Origin: the human T2T-CHM13v2.0 reference genome, Homo sapiens | DNA length: 64,000 nt | NCBI RefSeq assembly: GCF_009914755.1 | Contig: NC_060930.1 | Direction: 5' to 3' (one strand) | Shown: piece by piece, positions 26,804 to 37,821 of the stretch | How the letters are laid out: each line of letters opens with the position of its first letter | Numbering within the stretch: position 1 is the first letter of the stretch | Notes under the pieces: generated by a model | The model's input: the letters and a program-made list of their open reading frames with translations, nothing else | What the model was told of the DNA's origin: nothing | Databases searched by the model: none | Position numbers and translations under genes: made by a program

Positions 26804-27416
26804 AGAAACCTGTGTTCTTTTGCTCTACTTTCAAAAAAAGACATCTCTATATGCAAGTTAATGGGCTAACTTCATTCATTTGGAATGCTGAGGATGAATA
26901 CATTTTTAGCCACTTTACCTAATAAGGTAAACCATTCAGATTGGGTCATTTCAACTAAGCTTGGAGAAGAATATCAGATTTGGTTTCCTAGTGCCAGAAG
27001 ACTTTCAAACCACAATCAAAGGCTTGCAATCAATAATACATTACAAATCCAAGATGACAGGTCATCAGGATATGTTTATCACTCCATAAGAAAAATATGT
27101 AATACTAACTTCTGAAATTGCAGTGTTTCATCATAACTGTCAGTTGCCAAAGATTACAAAAGCTGTTTCTGTAAGAGCATCATAATCTAATTGCTCTTAT
27201 GGTCTATTAACTCTGGGTGTACATCTTTAAATATTCAATTGCCTTTTGGAAATGAAGGTAAAATTTGAACCCAACTTTAAGGACAAGTTCTAAATTTAGC
27301 TCTTCCTTAGTAGAAAAGCCCATTTTCAGTGATTTCTGTCCTTTGACACTTTCTAGGACATACTATGTTTTCACCATTATTTTATTCCAAGATTTATTTC
27401 AAACAGGCAATAGTAG

Positions 27417-27758
27417 TATATTAATTTGTTTTCACACTGCAAATAAGGACATACCCAATACTGGGTAATTTATAAAGAAAAAGAGGTTTAAGGACTTACA
27501 GTTCCACATGGCAATCATGATGGAAGGCAAAGGAGAAGCAAAGGCACATCTTACATGGCAGCAGGCAAGAGGGCTTGTGAAGGGGAACTCTCATTTATAA
27601 AACCATCAGATCTCATGAGACTTATTCACTACCACAAGAACAGTATGGGAGAAACCACCCCCATGATTCAATTATCTCCACCTGGCCCTGCCCTTGACAC
27701 GAGGGGGTTATTACAATTCAAGGTGAGATTTAGATGGGGATACAGCCAAACCATACCA
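27417..27758 (-). mobile_element. THE1C/D-like solo LTR
   Basis: THE1 LTR sequence with perfect 5-bp TSD agtag. Confidence 0.93.
27664..27674 (-). promoter_or_regulatory. DUX4-type motif TAATTGAATCA in THE1 LTR
   Basis: tgattcaatta read directly; THE1 LTRs are known DUX4 targets; binding at this site untested. Confidence 0.55.
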
Positions 27759-28754
27759 AGTAGGGTACATAGTTCAGAGAATTATATCCTCTGACTATAT
27801 AACTTTCTATTAATGATGAAGTTCTGTTGCAAGTTCCCATAAGGTATATTCAATTGCTTGAAAGGTCTCCTTCATACATAGTAACTATCAAGATTTTAAA
27901 ATAATATTTATAATTTAATATTAGAAAACATCCAAGGCCTTTTGTAAAATGCATAGGGGAATGTTATATCTAAAAATAGAACTTAAAGTAGGAAAGCTTA
28001 GTAAATAATATCTGGATATAAAATCCTAGAAATAATTGTCTTCAATAGATATGTTAATTATGAGGTTTCATTCACGGGAAGATGTATCAGCATATATACA
28101 CACACACATACACTCCAACACTGGAGATTTATAGTTAAAGTAAAATATGGATACATTTGGTCTTGATGAAATAGAAGGCAACTTCCCTTTGAATAGAAGT
28201 AGAGATGGTAGACATCTGCTCCCTTTTAAGGTCTATTGTCAAGGTTGTGATAGAAGTTTACACCTCCCCACCTGCTCATGCTTTCTCAATCAATAGCTGT
28301 ATTAAGATTATAGTATCTATTAAGGTTGGAACCTGTTGAATTTGGGACTGGAGTCTTTTAATCAATAGACTATCACAAAAATACCATTTTTGCTTCAACT
28401 AAATAAAAAATTTACATTTTCTTTATAATTTTTGATCTAGATAAGATTCTCACATTCTTCAGTCAAGTTTTGTGCCAAAGATTCTGAAAGCGAGATTGTC
28501 TTATTAAACTTGTGAAGCAACTTTGTATTTATAGAAGTAAAGATCCATATGATAAATTACATTCTCTAGATCCACTTTGATATTGGTAGAATGTTCTTTT
28601 TATACCCAATGAGTCTTAAGCCAGTTATCTTCAGACAATTGTTCAAATATTCAAATAAAATTTCAATCTCTTTCTTTGAAGTCACTTTCCTTCTATCTTT
28701 AATTCTCTTGTCTAATTGACCAGAAACATGGGTTAGTAATAGTGTGCTGCAGGT

Positions 28755-30474
28755 GGGAAGGCAGGGGAAGATGGCGGAATCAAAACCTCCACAATTTATC
28801 CCCCAACAGGAACACTAATTTAACAACTGTCTACACAGAAAAAACGCCTTCATAAGAACCAAAAATAAGGCAAGCTCTCATAGAAACTGGTTTTATCTTC
28901 ATTTTGCTGAAAGAAGCACTGAACAGTTCAAAAAAACACTCCTGAATCACCACTACCACCCCACACCTTTTCCCTGGTGGTAGTGGTGTGGTATGGAGAG
29001 CATCTCTGGGCACTAGTGGAAAGAGAGTACAGCAATTGTGAGGCAGTAAACTTAGGGCTATCCTGTTAAAGCAGAAAGGAAAACTGGACAAAACTCAGCT
29101 GACTCCTGCCCATGGAGGAAGCATTTAAATCATTCTTAGCTAGAGGGGAATCATGGATCTCAGCTGTCTGACTTGATTTCATGCCAACTTTGCCACCGTG
29201 GGCTAAAGAGCTCTGATCTCTACATAAACTTGAAAGATTGTCTAGACCATAAGGACTGAAAGTCATAGGCAAGTGCTAGTGCTGAACTGGGCCCAGAGAT
29301 AGTGGACCGGGGAAGCATGTGACCTAGTAAGACACCAGCTGGGGTGGCTAAGGAAGTACTGGGATCACACCTATCCTAAACCCAGGCTGCACAGCTCACA
29401 GCTCCAAAAGAGACAACTTTCTCCCACTTGCATAGAGCAGAGAGAAGTGTGGGGAGGACTTTGTATTGCATCTAAGATACCCGCTCAGCCACAGCAGGAT
29501 AAGACACTAGTCAGAGTCATAAGGTTTCTGTTCCAGGCCTTAGCTCCAGGATGACATTGCTAGACATGCCTTGGGCCACAAGGAAACTCACTGCCTTGAA
29601 GGAAATGTCCAAGTTCTGCCAGCATTCATCACCTCCTAACTGAAGAGACCTTGAGCCCTGAATAACCAGCAGTGATACCCATGTACTACACAGAGGGCCT
29701 TGGGTGAATCTCTGAGGCTTGCTCGCTTCAGGTGAGACTCAGCACATTACCAGCTCTGATGGTTACAGGAAAAAGAGTCTGCTTGAGACAATTACAGTGA
29801 AGGTAAAGGGAACTTTGTCTTGCACTGTAGATACCAGCATGGCCACAGTGGGGTAGAACACCAAATGGGCTCCCGAGGTCCCCATTTGCAGGACTGGACT
29901 CTTGGACAGCATCTCTGAACCTGCCCTGGGCCAGAGGGGAGCCCACTGCCCTGAAGGGTGAGTCTCAGGACAAGCAGCATTCAGCACAAGCTTACTTAAG
30001 AGCCCTTGGGTGGGCCTTAAGGGAATATCTATGGTAGTCTGGCAATATTTCTCATGGCCGGTAGCAGGTGAGGCTCCTCTACCTTTGGAAAGGGGAGGGA
30101 ATGGTGGGAAAGACTGCATCTTGTGGTAAGAGTTCCAGCTCAACCGCAGTTCAATAGAACATAAGGTAGACTGCTAAGGTTTTTGAGCCTTATTTCTGAC
30201 TTCCGGATGGCACTTCTGGACTTACCCCGGGCCTAAGGGGAACTTGCTGCTCTGGAGGAAAGGATGCAGGTCTGACTGGCTTTGCCACATGCTGATTGCA
30301 GAGTGTCAGGGTGTTGAGTGAAAATGTGTAATAGCAAGGGATTAGTTACAGAAGGCCTTGGTGAGGCCCAGGACTATGCTGACCACAGGTCTGACCCAGT
30401 GCAGTCATAGTGGTGGTGACCAGAAGGGGGCTTATGTCATACCACCGTCAGGTTTAGGTGGCTCAAAACAGAGA
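28755..30474 (+). mobile_element. L1M/L1MA 5'UTR only (3' part lost)
   Basis: aagatggcggaa start; colinear with 61980-63680 and with 24536-26206 reversed. Confidence 0.85.
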
Positions 30475-33050
30475 CCTATATCCGGAGGAAGTGTCTATTC
30501 CAGTGAAGACAAACCTCTGCCCTTTCTGATGGAAGAGGTCCAATATAATCAACCTGCCACCATGTGGCTGGCTGATCACCCCAAGGAATGGTGCCATATC
30601 GAGGGCTGAGTGTTCATCTCTGCTACTGGCAAATTGGGCCCTCGGCAGTGGATGTAGTCAGGTCACCCTTTGTGAGTGGTAGTCCATGTTGCTGAGCCCA
30701 TGTGTAACCTCCATCCCTACCACCATGACCACTGTTCATGGGCCCATTGGGCAATGACAGAGGTGCCTGGGGAAAGAGGCTGAGTGGTGTCCACAGAAAG
30801 GGTCATCCTATCCACTCAATTATTAAAATCCTCCTCTGCTGAGGTCACCCACTGGTGAGCACTAACATAGGATACAAAGATCTTCACAGTTTTTGACCAC
30901 TCAGAGAAACCCATCCGCATACCTGTTCCCCAAATCTCTGTCACCAATTTTCCAATCATGCTTCTTCCAAGTCCCTGACCATCCAGGCAAACCATTGGCC
31001 AGAGTTCATAAATCAGTATATTATCTCACATCTGATCATTTCTCCTTCCATGCAAAGTGCACAAACAGGTGCACTGCTAGAAGTTCTGCCCACTGGAAAG
31101 ATTTCCCTTCACCGCTGTCCTTTGGGGATGTCTTAGAAAGGGGTTGTAGTGCTGCAGCTGTCCACTTTCTGGTGATGCCTGCATATTGTGCAGAACCATC
31201 TGTGAAGCAGGCCCTAGTCTTCTCTTCCTCTGCCAACTGATCATAGGGAACTCCCCATGAGGCCATCAGTGTAGGGTGGGGGAGAGAAGACAAGGTGGCA
31301 GGAGTGGAGACCATGGACGTTTGAGTCACTTCTTCATGTCACTTACTTGTGCCTTCAGGATCTGCTTGAGCCTGATCACATATATATCACTTCCATTTGA
31401 TGATGGAATGCTGCTGTGCACGACCCACCTGATGGCTTGATGGGTCAGAAAGCACCCAGTTCATGATAGGCAGTTCAGGTCACATGGTGACTTGTTGACC
31501 CATAGTCAAACGTTCAGTTTCCACCAAAGCCCAGTAACAGGCCAAGAGATGTCTTTCAAAAGGAGAGTAGTTATCTTCAGAGGATGGCAGCACCTTGCTC
31601 CACAATCCTAGAGGCCTCTGCTGTGATTCACCTCTCAGGGTCTGTCAAAAACTCCAAACAGCATCTCTATCTGCCACTGACACCTCCTTGGATCTGCAGA
31701 CTCATATGGCCCAAGTGGGACTGCAGCATGCACAGCAGCCTGGACCTGTTGCAGAGCCTTCTCCTGTTCTGGACCCCACTCAAAACTGACAGCCTTTCAG
31801 GTCACTCGATAAATGGGCTGGTGTAACATATCCATATGAGGAATATGTTGGGTCCAAAATCCAAATAGGCCCATTTGGCATTGAACCTCTTTCTTGATTG
31901 TAGGAGGGGCCAAATGCAGCAACTTATCCTTCACCTTAGAAGGAATATCTCGACAGGCCCCACACCACTGGACCCCTAGAAATTTTACTGAGGTAGAAGT
32001 TCCCTGAATTTTAGTTGGATTTATTTCCCATCCTCTGGCATGCAAATGTCTCATCAATAAGTCCAGTGTGTTTGCTACTTCTTGCTCGCTGGATCCAATC
32101 AGCATAATGTCATCAATGTAATGGACCAATGTGATATCTTGTGGAAGCAAAAAGTGATCAAGATTTCTCTGTATAAGATTATGACACAAACCCAAATGTT
32201 GATCTGCCCCTGAGGTAGGACAATATAGGTTATTGCTGGCCTTACCAGTTGAAGGCAAATTGCTTCTGATGGGCATTATGGACAGGAATGGGGAAAAAGG
32301 CATTTGCCAAGTCAGTGGATGCATACCAGGTGCCAGGAGATGCATTCATTTGCTCAAGCAATGAAACCACATCTGATAAAGCAGCTGCAATTGGAGTCAC
32401 CACTTGGTTAAGCTTACAGTAATCCACTGTCATCTTTCAAGATCCATCTGTCTTCTACACAGGCCAATGGGAAAGTTGAATAGGGATTTGGTGGAAATCA
32501 CCATCCCTGTGTCTTTTAAGGCCTTGATAGTGACACCAATCTCCACAACCCCTCCAGAGATGCAATATTAGTTTTGATTTACTATTTTTCCAGGAGGAGG
32601 CAGCTCTAATGGCTTTCATTTGGCCTTTCCCACCATAATAGCACTCATCTTACCAGTCAGGGAGCCAGCGTTGGGGTTCTGCCAGCTGCTAAGTATGTCT
32701 AGGCCAATTATGCATTCTGGCACTGGGGAAATGACCGCAGGATGAGTCTGGGGACCCACTAGACCGACTGTAAGTTGAACTTGAGCTAAAACTATATTAT
32801 TTCCCTGACTTCCATAAGCTCCTACTTTAACTGGAGGACCACAATGACGTTTTGGGTCCCCTGGAATCATTGGCAGCTCAGAGCCAGTGTCCAGTACTCC
32901 CTGAAATATCTGATCATTTGCCTTTTCCCAATGCACAGTTACCCTGTTAAAAGGCCAGTGGTCTCCTTGGGGAAGGATGGGAGAAAGATTCATTGCATCA
33001 ATTGTTGGTAATGTAGTGGGGTCCTTCTTCACAGAGACCTGGTCTTCCCT
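30475..33050 (-). pseudogene. pol: HERV-L pro-pol remnant
   Basis: LDTGSE protease (32616-33032); VHYIDDIML intact RT motif (ORF 31797-32345); FTDGSAQY RNase H (31036-31329). Confidence 0.92.
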
Positions 33051-34792
33051 TCATTCAAGGGGTTCTGGGTCTGTAAACTGGCTCAAGTCTGGAAACTGAC
33101 TGAGGGGCCTTGATTATCTGTTTTTATAATTCAAATTAGTCTTTTGTTCAATTGACCTAGAAGTTTTCTATTTATATAAATTAAGTAGGAATGCAGTAGG
33201 CTTCCTATCAATTTCACTTCCAGGAACACTGTGATTAATTAGAAAAGGCCAGAGCTCTACAGAAGTCAGACTATTATGATTGGTATTTTGCCTCTGCTAT
33301 CCTTTATGGTAGCTATGCCCACCTTGCCTTTGATGGCTGAGTGCCGCCACGTGGCTCCTGACACCTCAAGATCCAATTCCCATTGTATTTAAATTTTGTA
33401 GTCGAGTGACTGTCGTTTCCACTCTTAGATCTGACATACAGAGAAGAGCAATTACAGGGCTCTTCACTCACAGATGCAGGTGCTGCCTTCACAAATCTAT
33501 TTCTCAAGGCACTGGTCAAGAGGATATTTTCTGAACCCTCCCAGCTGGGATGAGTAGGTCTAAATAAGTAATGCACTCCACTATCCAAATGTCCCTAAGC
33601 CTTTGGATCTTTTCCTCTACATTAAACCAAGGAAGATCAGGCATTTCCAGCTGGCTCATAGTGGGCCATCTTTTAATCTATATTTCAGCTAACCAAGCAA
33701 ATAAACTATTAGAACTATTTTAACTCCTCGAGCTGTGACATTAAAAGCAGAATCCCTACTTAGTGGACCAAATCAATAAATTCTGCCTGTTTCAACTCTG
33801 TATTCCTTCCACAATTATCCCACACCCTTAATATCCATTCCCATGCCTGTTCTCCAGATTTCTGTTCATATACATTAGAAAACTCAAGCAGCTCTTTCAA
33901 GTGTAGCACACCTCCTCATGGGTCACACTCTCAACCTCACTTCTAGGGGCCTGCTGGGACTTTAGTCTACTTCTAGGTCTAGAAGCAAATAGGGATGTTT
34001 GGGGCGGCTCCTGAGGAGAATCAACATTATCTTGCCTGGCAACTGCCTCATGGGAGGCCATCACTGTTGCCTCAGGCAGCACAGGGTTTATCTCCTTAGA
34101 CAGATGTGGAAAGGCTGATGGCAGCATGGGTCGGGGAGGAGATATTTCCACTACTGGGGATAGGGTAGCTGTTTCTTCTGGTGAAAAACTTTCATCAGAG
34201 TTTACAAATTCAGTGTCCCCAGCTTCATCAGGGTCCTCCTGCAGGTCCCCATTCCAAGTTACAGGGTCCCATTCTTTTCCAATCAATGCCCTCACTTTAA
34301 CAGTAGACACCTGGCAAGGCTATGCATGCACCTTTAGTTACAGGTCTACCACTCACATGATAAGAACTTGTATCTGTTTTTCCACAATTTCAGCCCTTTC
34401 TCTATGGGAGATAAGACTCCCACTCCGGGCAATGTTAGCAGATTTGAGGCTCAGTATCTGCTACTGAAGCTGGGATATAGAATCTCTGAGTTCATTATTT
34501 TCTTTCATCACTTTGTCCAGTGAACTTAGGAGCACCAACCAGCTTCATTATGTTCCTTGGTCCTCCACGTATGGTCACATGTATTGTGTATAGAGTCACT
34601 AAACTCCTTGCCATTCACAAGCAATGAATCAGGAGTGCCAAATGCATTTATTTTGCATAACTCTGTAAGTAGTTTGGACCAAGGACTATCAGTGTTCTCC
34701 ATACTATTAGAAGTAGAGTCCTTAGCATTTTTGGGTGTAATCATATTAAGCAGCCAACTCCAGAAACCCCAAAACCAACAAAAGAACTCCAT
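33051..34792 (-). pseudogene. gag: HERV-L gag remnant
   Basis: [18 protein letters not shown] start just downstream of the PBS; VKVRALIGKEWDP; multiple stops. Confidence 0.85.
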
Positions 34793-34815
34793 CCTTAATA
34801 TTCTGTTCCTCTAAA

Positions 34816-34830
34816 CCACTCCTGGTACCA
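34816..34830 (-). promoter_or_regulatory. tRNA-Leu primer binding site
   Basis: TGGTACCAGGAGTGG on the minus strand, 5 nt after the LTR end; complementary to the recalled tRNA-Leu(TAA) 3' end CCACTCCTGGTACCA. Confidence 0.85.
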
Positions 34831-34835
34831 AAATC

Positions 34836-34893
34836 TGTATTAGTCAGGGTTCTCTTGAGGGACAGAGCTAATGGAATATATATATATATACAC

Positions 34894-34924
<31 letters not shown>

Positions 34925-34966
34925 CACATATATATATGTATATATATATATGTGTATATATATATA

Positions 34967-34999
<33 letters not shown>

Positions 35000-35028
35000 G
35001 GAGAGAGAGAGAGAGAGGCACAGAACTG

Positions 35029-35065
<37 letters not shown>

Positions 35066-35505
35066 CAAATGGAATATATACTATATATAATTATGCACTA
35101 ATTGATGTAAACACTACTATATATATGAATTTATTAAGTATTAACTCATACGATCACAATGTCCCACAATAGGCTGTCTGTAGGCTGAGAGAAAGGAGAG
35201 GCAGTCTGAGTTCCAAAACTGAAGAATTTGGAGTCAGATGTTTGAGGAAAAGAAGTAACCAGTATGGGAGAATCATGTAGGCTGAGAGGCTAGGGCAGTC
35301 TCTTCCCATTTTTCTGCCTACTTATATTCTAGCCAATCTGGCAAATGGTTACACCGTGCCCACTCATACTAAGGGTGGGTCTGCCTTTCTCAGTCTACTG
35401 ACTCAAATGTTAATCTCCTTTGGCAATACCCTCATAGACACATCCAGGATCAATACTTTGTATCCTTTAATCCAATCAAGTTGACACTCATTATTAACCA
35501 TCACA
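34836..35505 (-). mobile_element. 5' LTR (MLT2A1-type) with expanded compound (TA)n/(GA)n at 34876-35085
   Basis: Intact TG...CA termini; same short LTR type as copy 1. Confidence 0.92.
35468..35478 (+). promoter_or_regulatory. DUX4-type motif TAATCCAATCA in MLT2A1 LTR
   Basis: Read directly; MLT2A LTRs are known DUX4/8-cell-stage targets; binding at this site untested. Confidence 0.55.
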
Positions 35506-37247
35506 CATGATAGTCCACATATCATCGACTCTGACCAAGGCACTCACTTTACAGCCAAACAAATGTGGCAGTGGGCTCATGCTCATGGAATTCACTGGTT
35601 TTACCATGTTCCCCATCATCCTGAAGCAGCTGGACTAATAGAACACTGGAATGGCCTTTTGAAGTCACAATTACAATGCCAACTACGTGACAAATGCTTT
35701 GCAGTGCTGGGACAAGATTCTTCAGATGGCTATGTATGCTCTGAATCAGCATCCAATATATGGCAGTGTTTCTCCCATAGCCAGGAGTCACAGGTCCAGG
35801 AATCAAGGGGTGAAAGTTGAAGTGGCACCACTCACCATCACCCCTAGTGACCCACTAGTAAAATTTTTGCTTCCTGTTCTGCTGGCCTCGAGGTCTCAGT
35901 TCCAGAGGGAGGAATGCTGCCACCAGGTGACATAAAGATGACTCCATTAAACTGGAAGTTAAGCATGTCACCTGGCCACTTTGGGCTCCTGCTACCTGTA
36001 AGTCAAGAGGCTAAAAAGGGAGTTACAGTGTTGGCTGGGGTGATTACCTGGAATATCAAGATGAAATCAGTCTACTACTCCACAATGGAGGTAAGGAAGA
36101 CTATGCATGGAATACAGGAGATCCCTTAGGGCATCTCTTAGTATAACCATGTCCATGTGATTAAGGTCAATGTGAAACTACAACAGCCCAATTCAGGCAG
36201 GAGTACAAATGGCCCAGACCCTTCAGAAATGAAGGTTTGGGTCACTTCACCAGGTAAAAACCCATGACGTGCTGAGGTGCTTGTTGAAAGCAAAGGGAAT
36301 ACAGAATGGGTAGTAGCAGAAGGTAGTCATCAATACCAGCTACAACCACGTGAGCAGTTGCAGAAATGAGTATTTTGATGGTCATGAGTATTTCCACCTC
36401 CTTTTGTTAAGAACATGTTTGTGCATGTATACACTCATACTAAGAAAACATCTTCATTTTTCTTTTTCCTTTATCATGTGACATAAGATTTATTGACTTT
36501 ATATCAACATTTAAATGTTGTTAACTTTATGTAGTAGCATATTGGTTGGGCATTGGTGCATTTCTGGTTGTATGAAAGATAGTGGTATTTTGTTAGGCAT
36601 AATTATGACCTTATTATTGTCTTTATTTGAAGATTATGTCTGATTTCAGGACATGTGTATGGATTCAAGTTGACAAGGGGTAGATTCGTGAAGGTTAATA
36701 TTGAGTGTCAACTGGATTGAAGGATGCAAGGGTGTTGCCAAAAGAGATTAACATTTTAGTGTCTGGGTGTCTCTGCGAGGGTATCTGTAACATTTGAGTC
36801 AGTGGACTAGGAGAGGCAGACCCACCCTCAATGTGGGTGGGCAGTGGGCACCATCTAATCAACTTCCAGCACAGCTTGGAGAAAAGCAGGCAGAGGAACA
36901 TGGAAAGACCAGACCTGCTGAATCTTCTTGTCTCCATCTTTGTCCTGCGCCAGATGCTGCCTGCCCTTGAACATCAGACTCCAAGTTCTTCAGTTTTGGA
37001 TTCTTGGACCTACCCCAGTTGTTTGTCAGGGGTTCTTGGGCCTCTGGCCATAGAATGAGGGCTACACTGTTGGCTTCCCTACTTTTGATATTTTGGGACT
37101 TGGACTGGCTTCCTTGCTCCTTAGCTTGCATACGGCCTACTGTGGGACTTCACCTTGTGATCATGTGAGTCAATACTCTTTAATAAACTCCCTTTCATTG
37201 TACATCTATCCTATGTTCTGTCCCTCTAGAAAATCCTGACTAATACA
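35506..37247 (+). mobile_element. ERV-L copy 3: 3' half (IN C-terminus, dUTPase, PPT) and 3' LTR 36687-37247 of longer MLT2A2/B type
   Basis: HWFYHVPHHPEAAGLIEHWNGLLK (IN), PGHFGLL..KKGVTVLAGVI (dUTPase); LTR carries an extra ~100-bp block (37000-37100) absent from the MLT2A1-type LTRs. Confidence 0.92.
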
Positions 37248-37821
37248 GGTAGGTAGGTAGGTAAGTAAATGATTGATAGATAGATAGATAGATTGATAGA
37301 CAGACAGACAGACAGATAGAGAGGGGATTTATTAGGATAATTGTCTCATGGGGTCATGGAGGTTAAGAAGTCCCAAGATAGATCATCTGCAAGGTAGAGA
37401 ACCAAGGAAACCAGTGGTATGTCTTAATCCAAGTCCAAAAGCCTTAGAACGAGGGGAACAAGCAGTGTAACTATCAGTCTGTGGCTGAAGCCCTGAGAAA
37501 CCAGGGGGCAGCTGGTGCACATTCTAGGGTCCAAAGGCTGGAATGCCTTAAGTTCCGATATCCCAGGACAGGAGAAGAAGAGTGTCCTAGCTCCAGAAGA
37601 GATATGATTTGCCTTTCTTTTGTCTTTTTGTTTTACCTGGGCCCTAAGCAATTGAATGGTGCCCACTCATATTGAGAGTAGCTCTTTCTTACTCAATCTA
37701 CTGATTCAAATGCCAATCTCCTCCAGAAACCCTTTCACAGACACACTCAGAAATAATGCTTTACCAGCTCTCTGTGTATCCCTTAATTCAGTAAAGTTGA
37801 CAACTAAAATTCGCCATCAAA
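37248..37821 (-). mobile_element. Older MLT2 (B/C/D-type) LTR with (GATA)n, its 3' end missing
   Basis: MLT2-type ...aagttgacaactaaaattcgccatca end and agtccaaaagcctt core; GGTA/GATA/GACA tract 37248-37321. Confidence 0.8.

Larger units (their letters stand above)
30475..35505 (-). mobile_element. HERV-L copy 2 (MLT2A1-type 5' LTR, PBS, gag, pro, RT, RNase H, N-terminal integrase), 3'-truncated
   Basis: Colinear in reverse with 11649-16510; ends abruptly at IN motif GIDTSSGY. Confidence 0.95.

Noticed and set aside
31797-32345. 182-aa ORF with intact YIDD as a possible domesticated RT
   Set aside because: Only the C-terminal part is in the RT frame; a stop and frameshift lie upstream, and neighbouring domains are broken
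34746-35172. IY-repeat ORFs (also 18088-18336)
   Set aside because: Translations of (TA)n, which has no stop codons
30475-37247. Single provirus with a simple internal inversion or L1 twin priming
   Set aside because: The LTRs are of different types, the junction is exactly at an LTR terminus with full U3, and there is no polyA tail or long TSD
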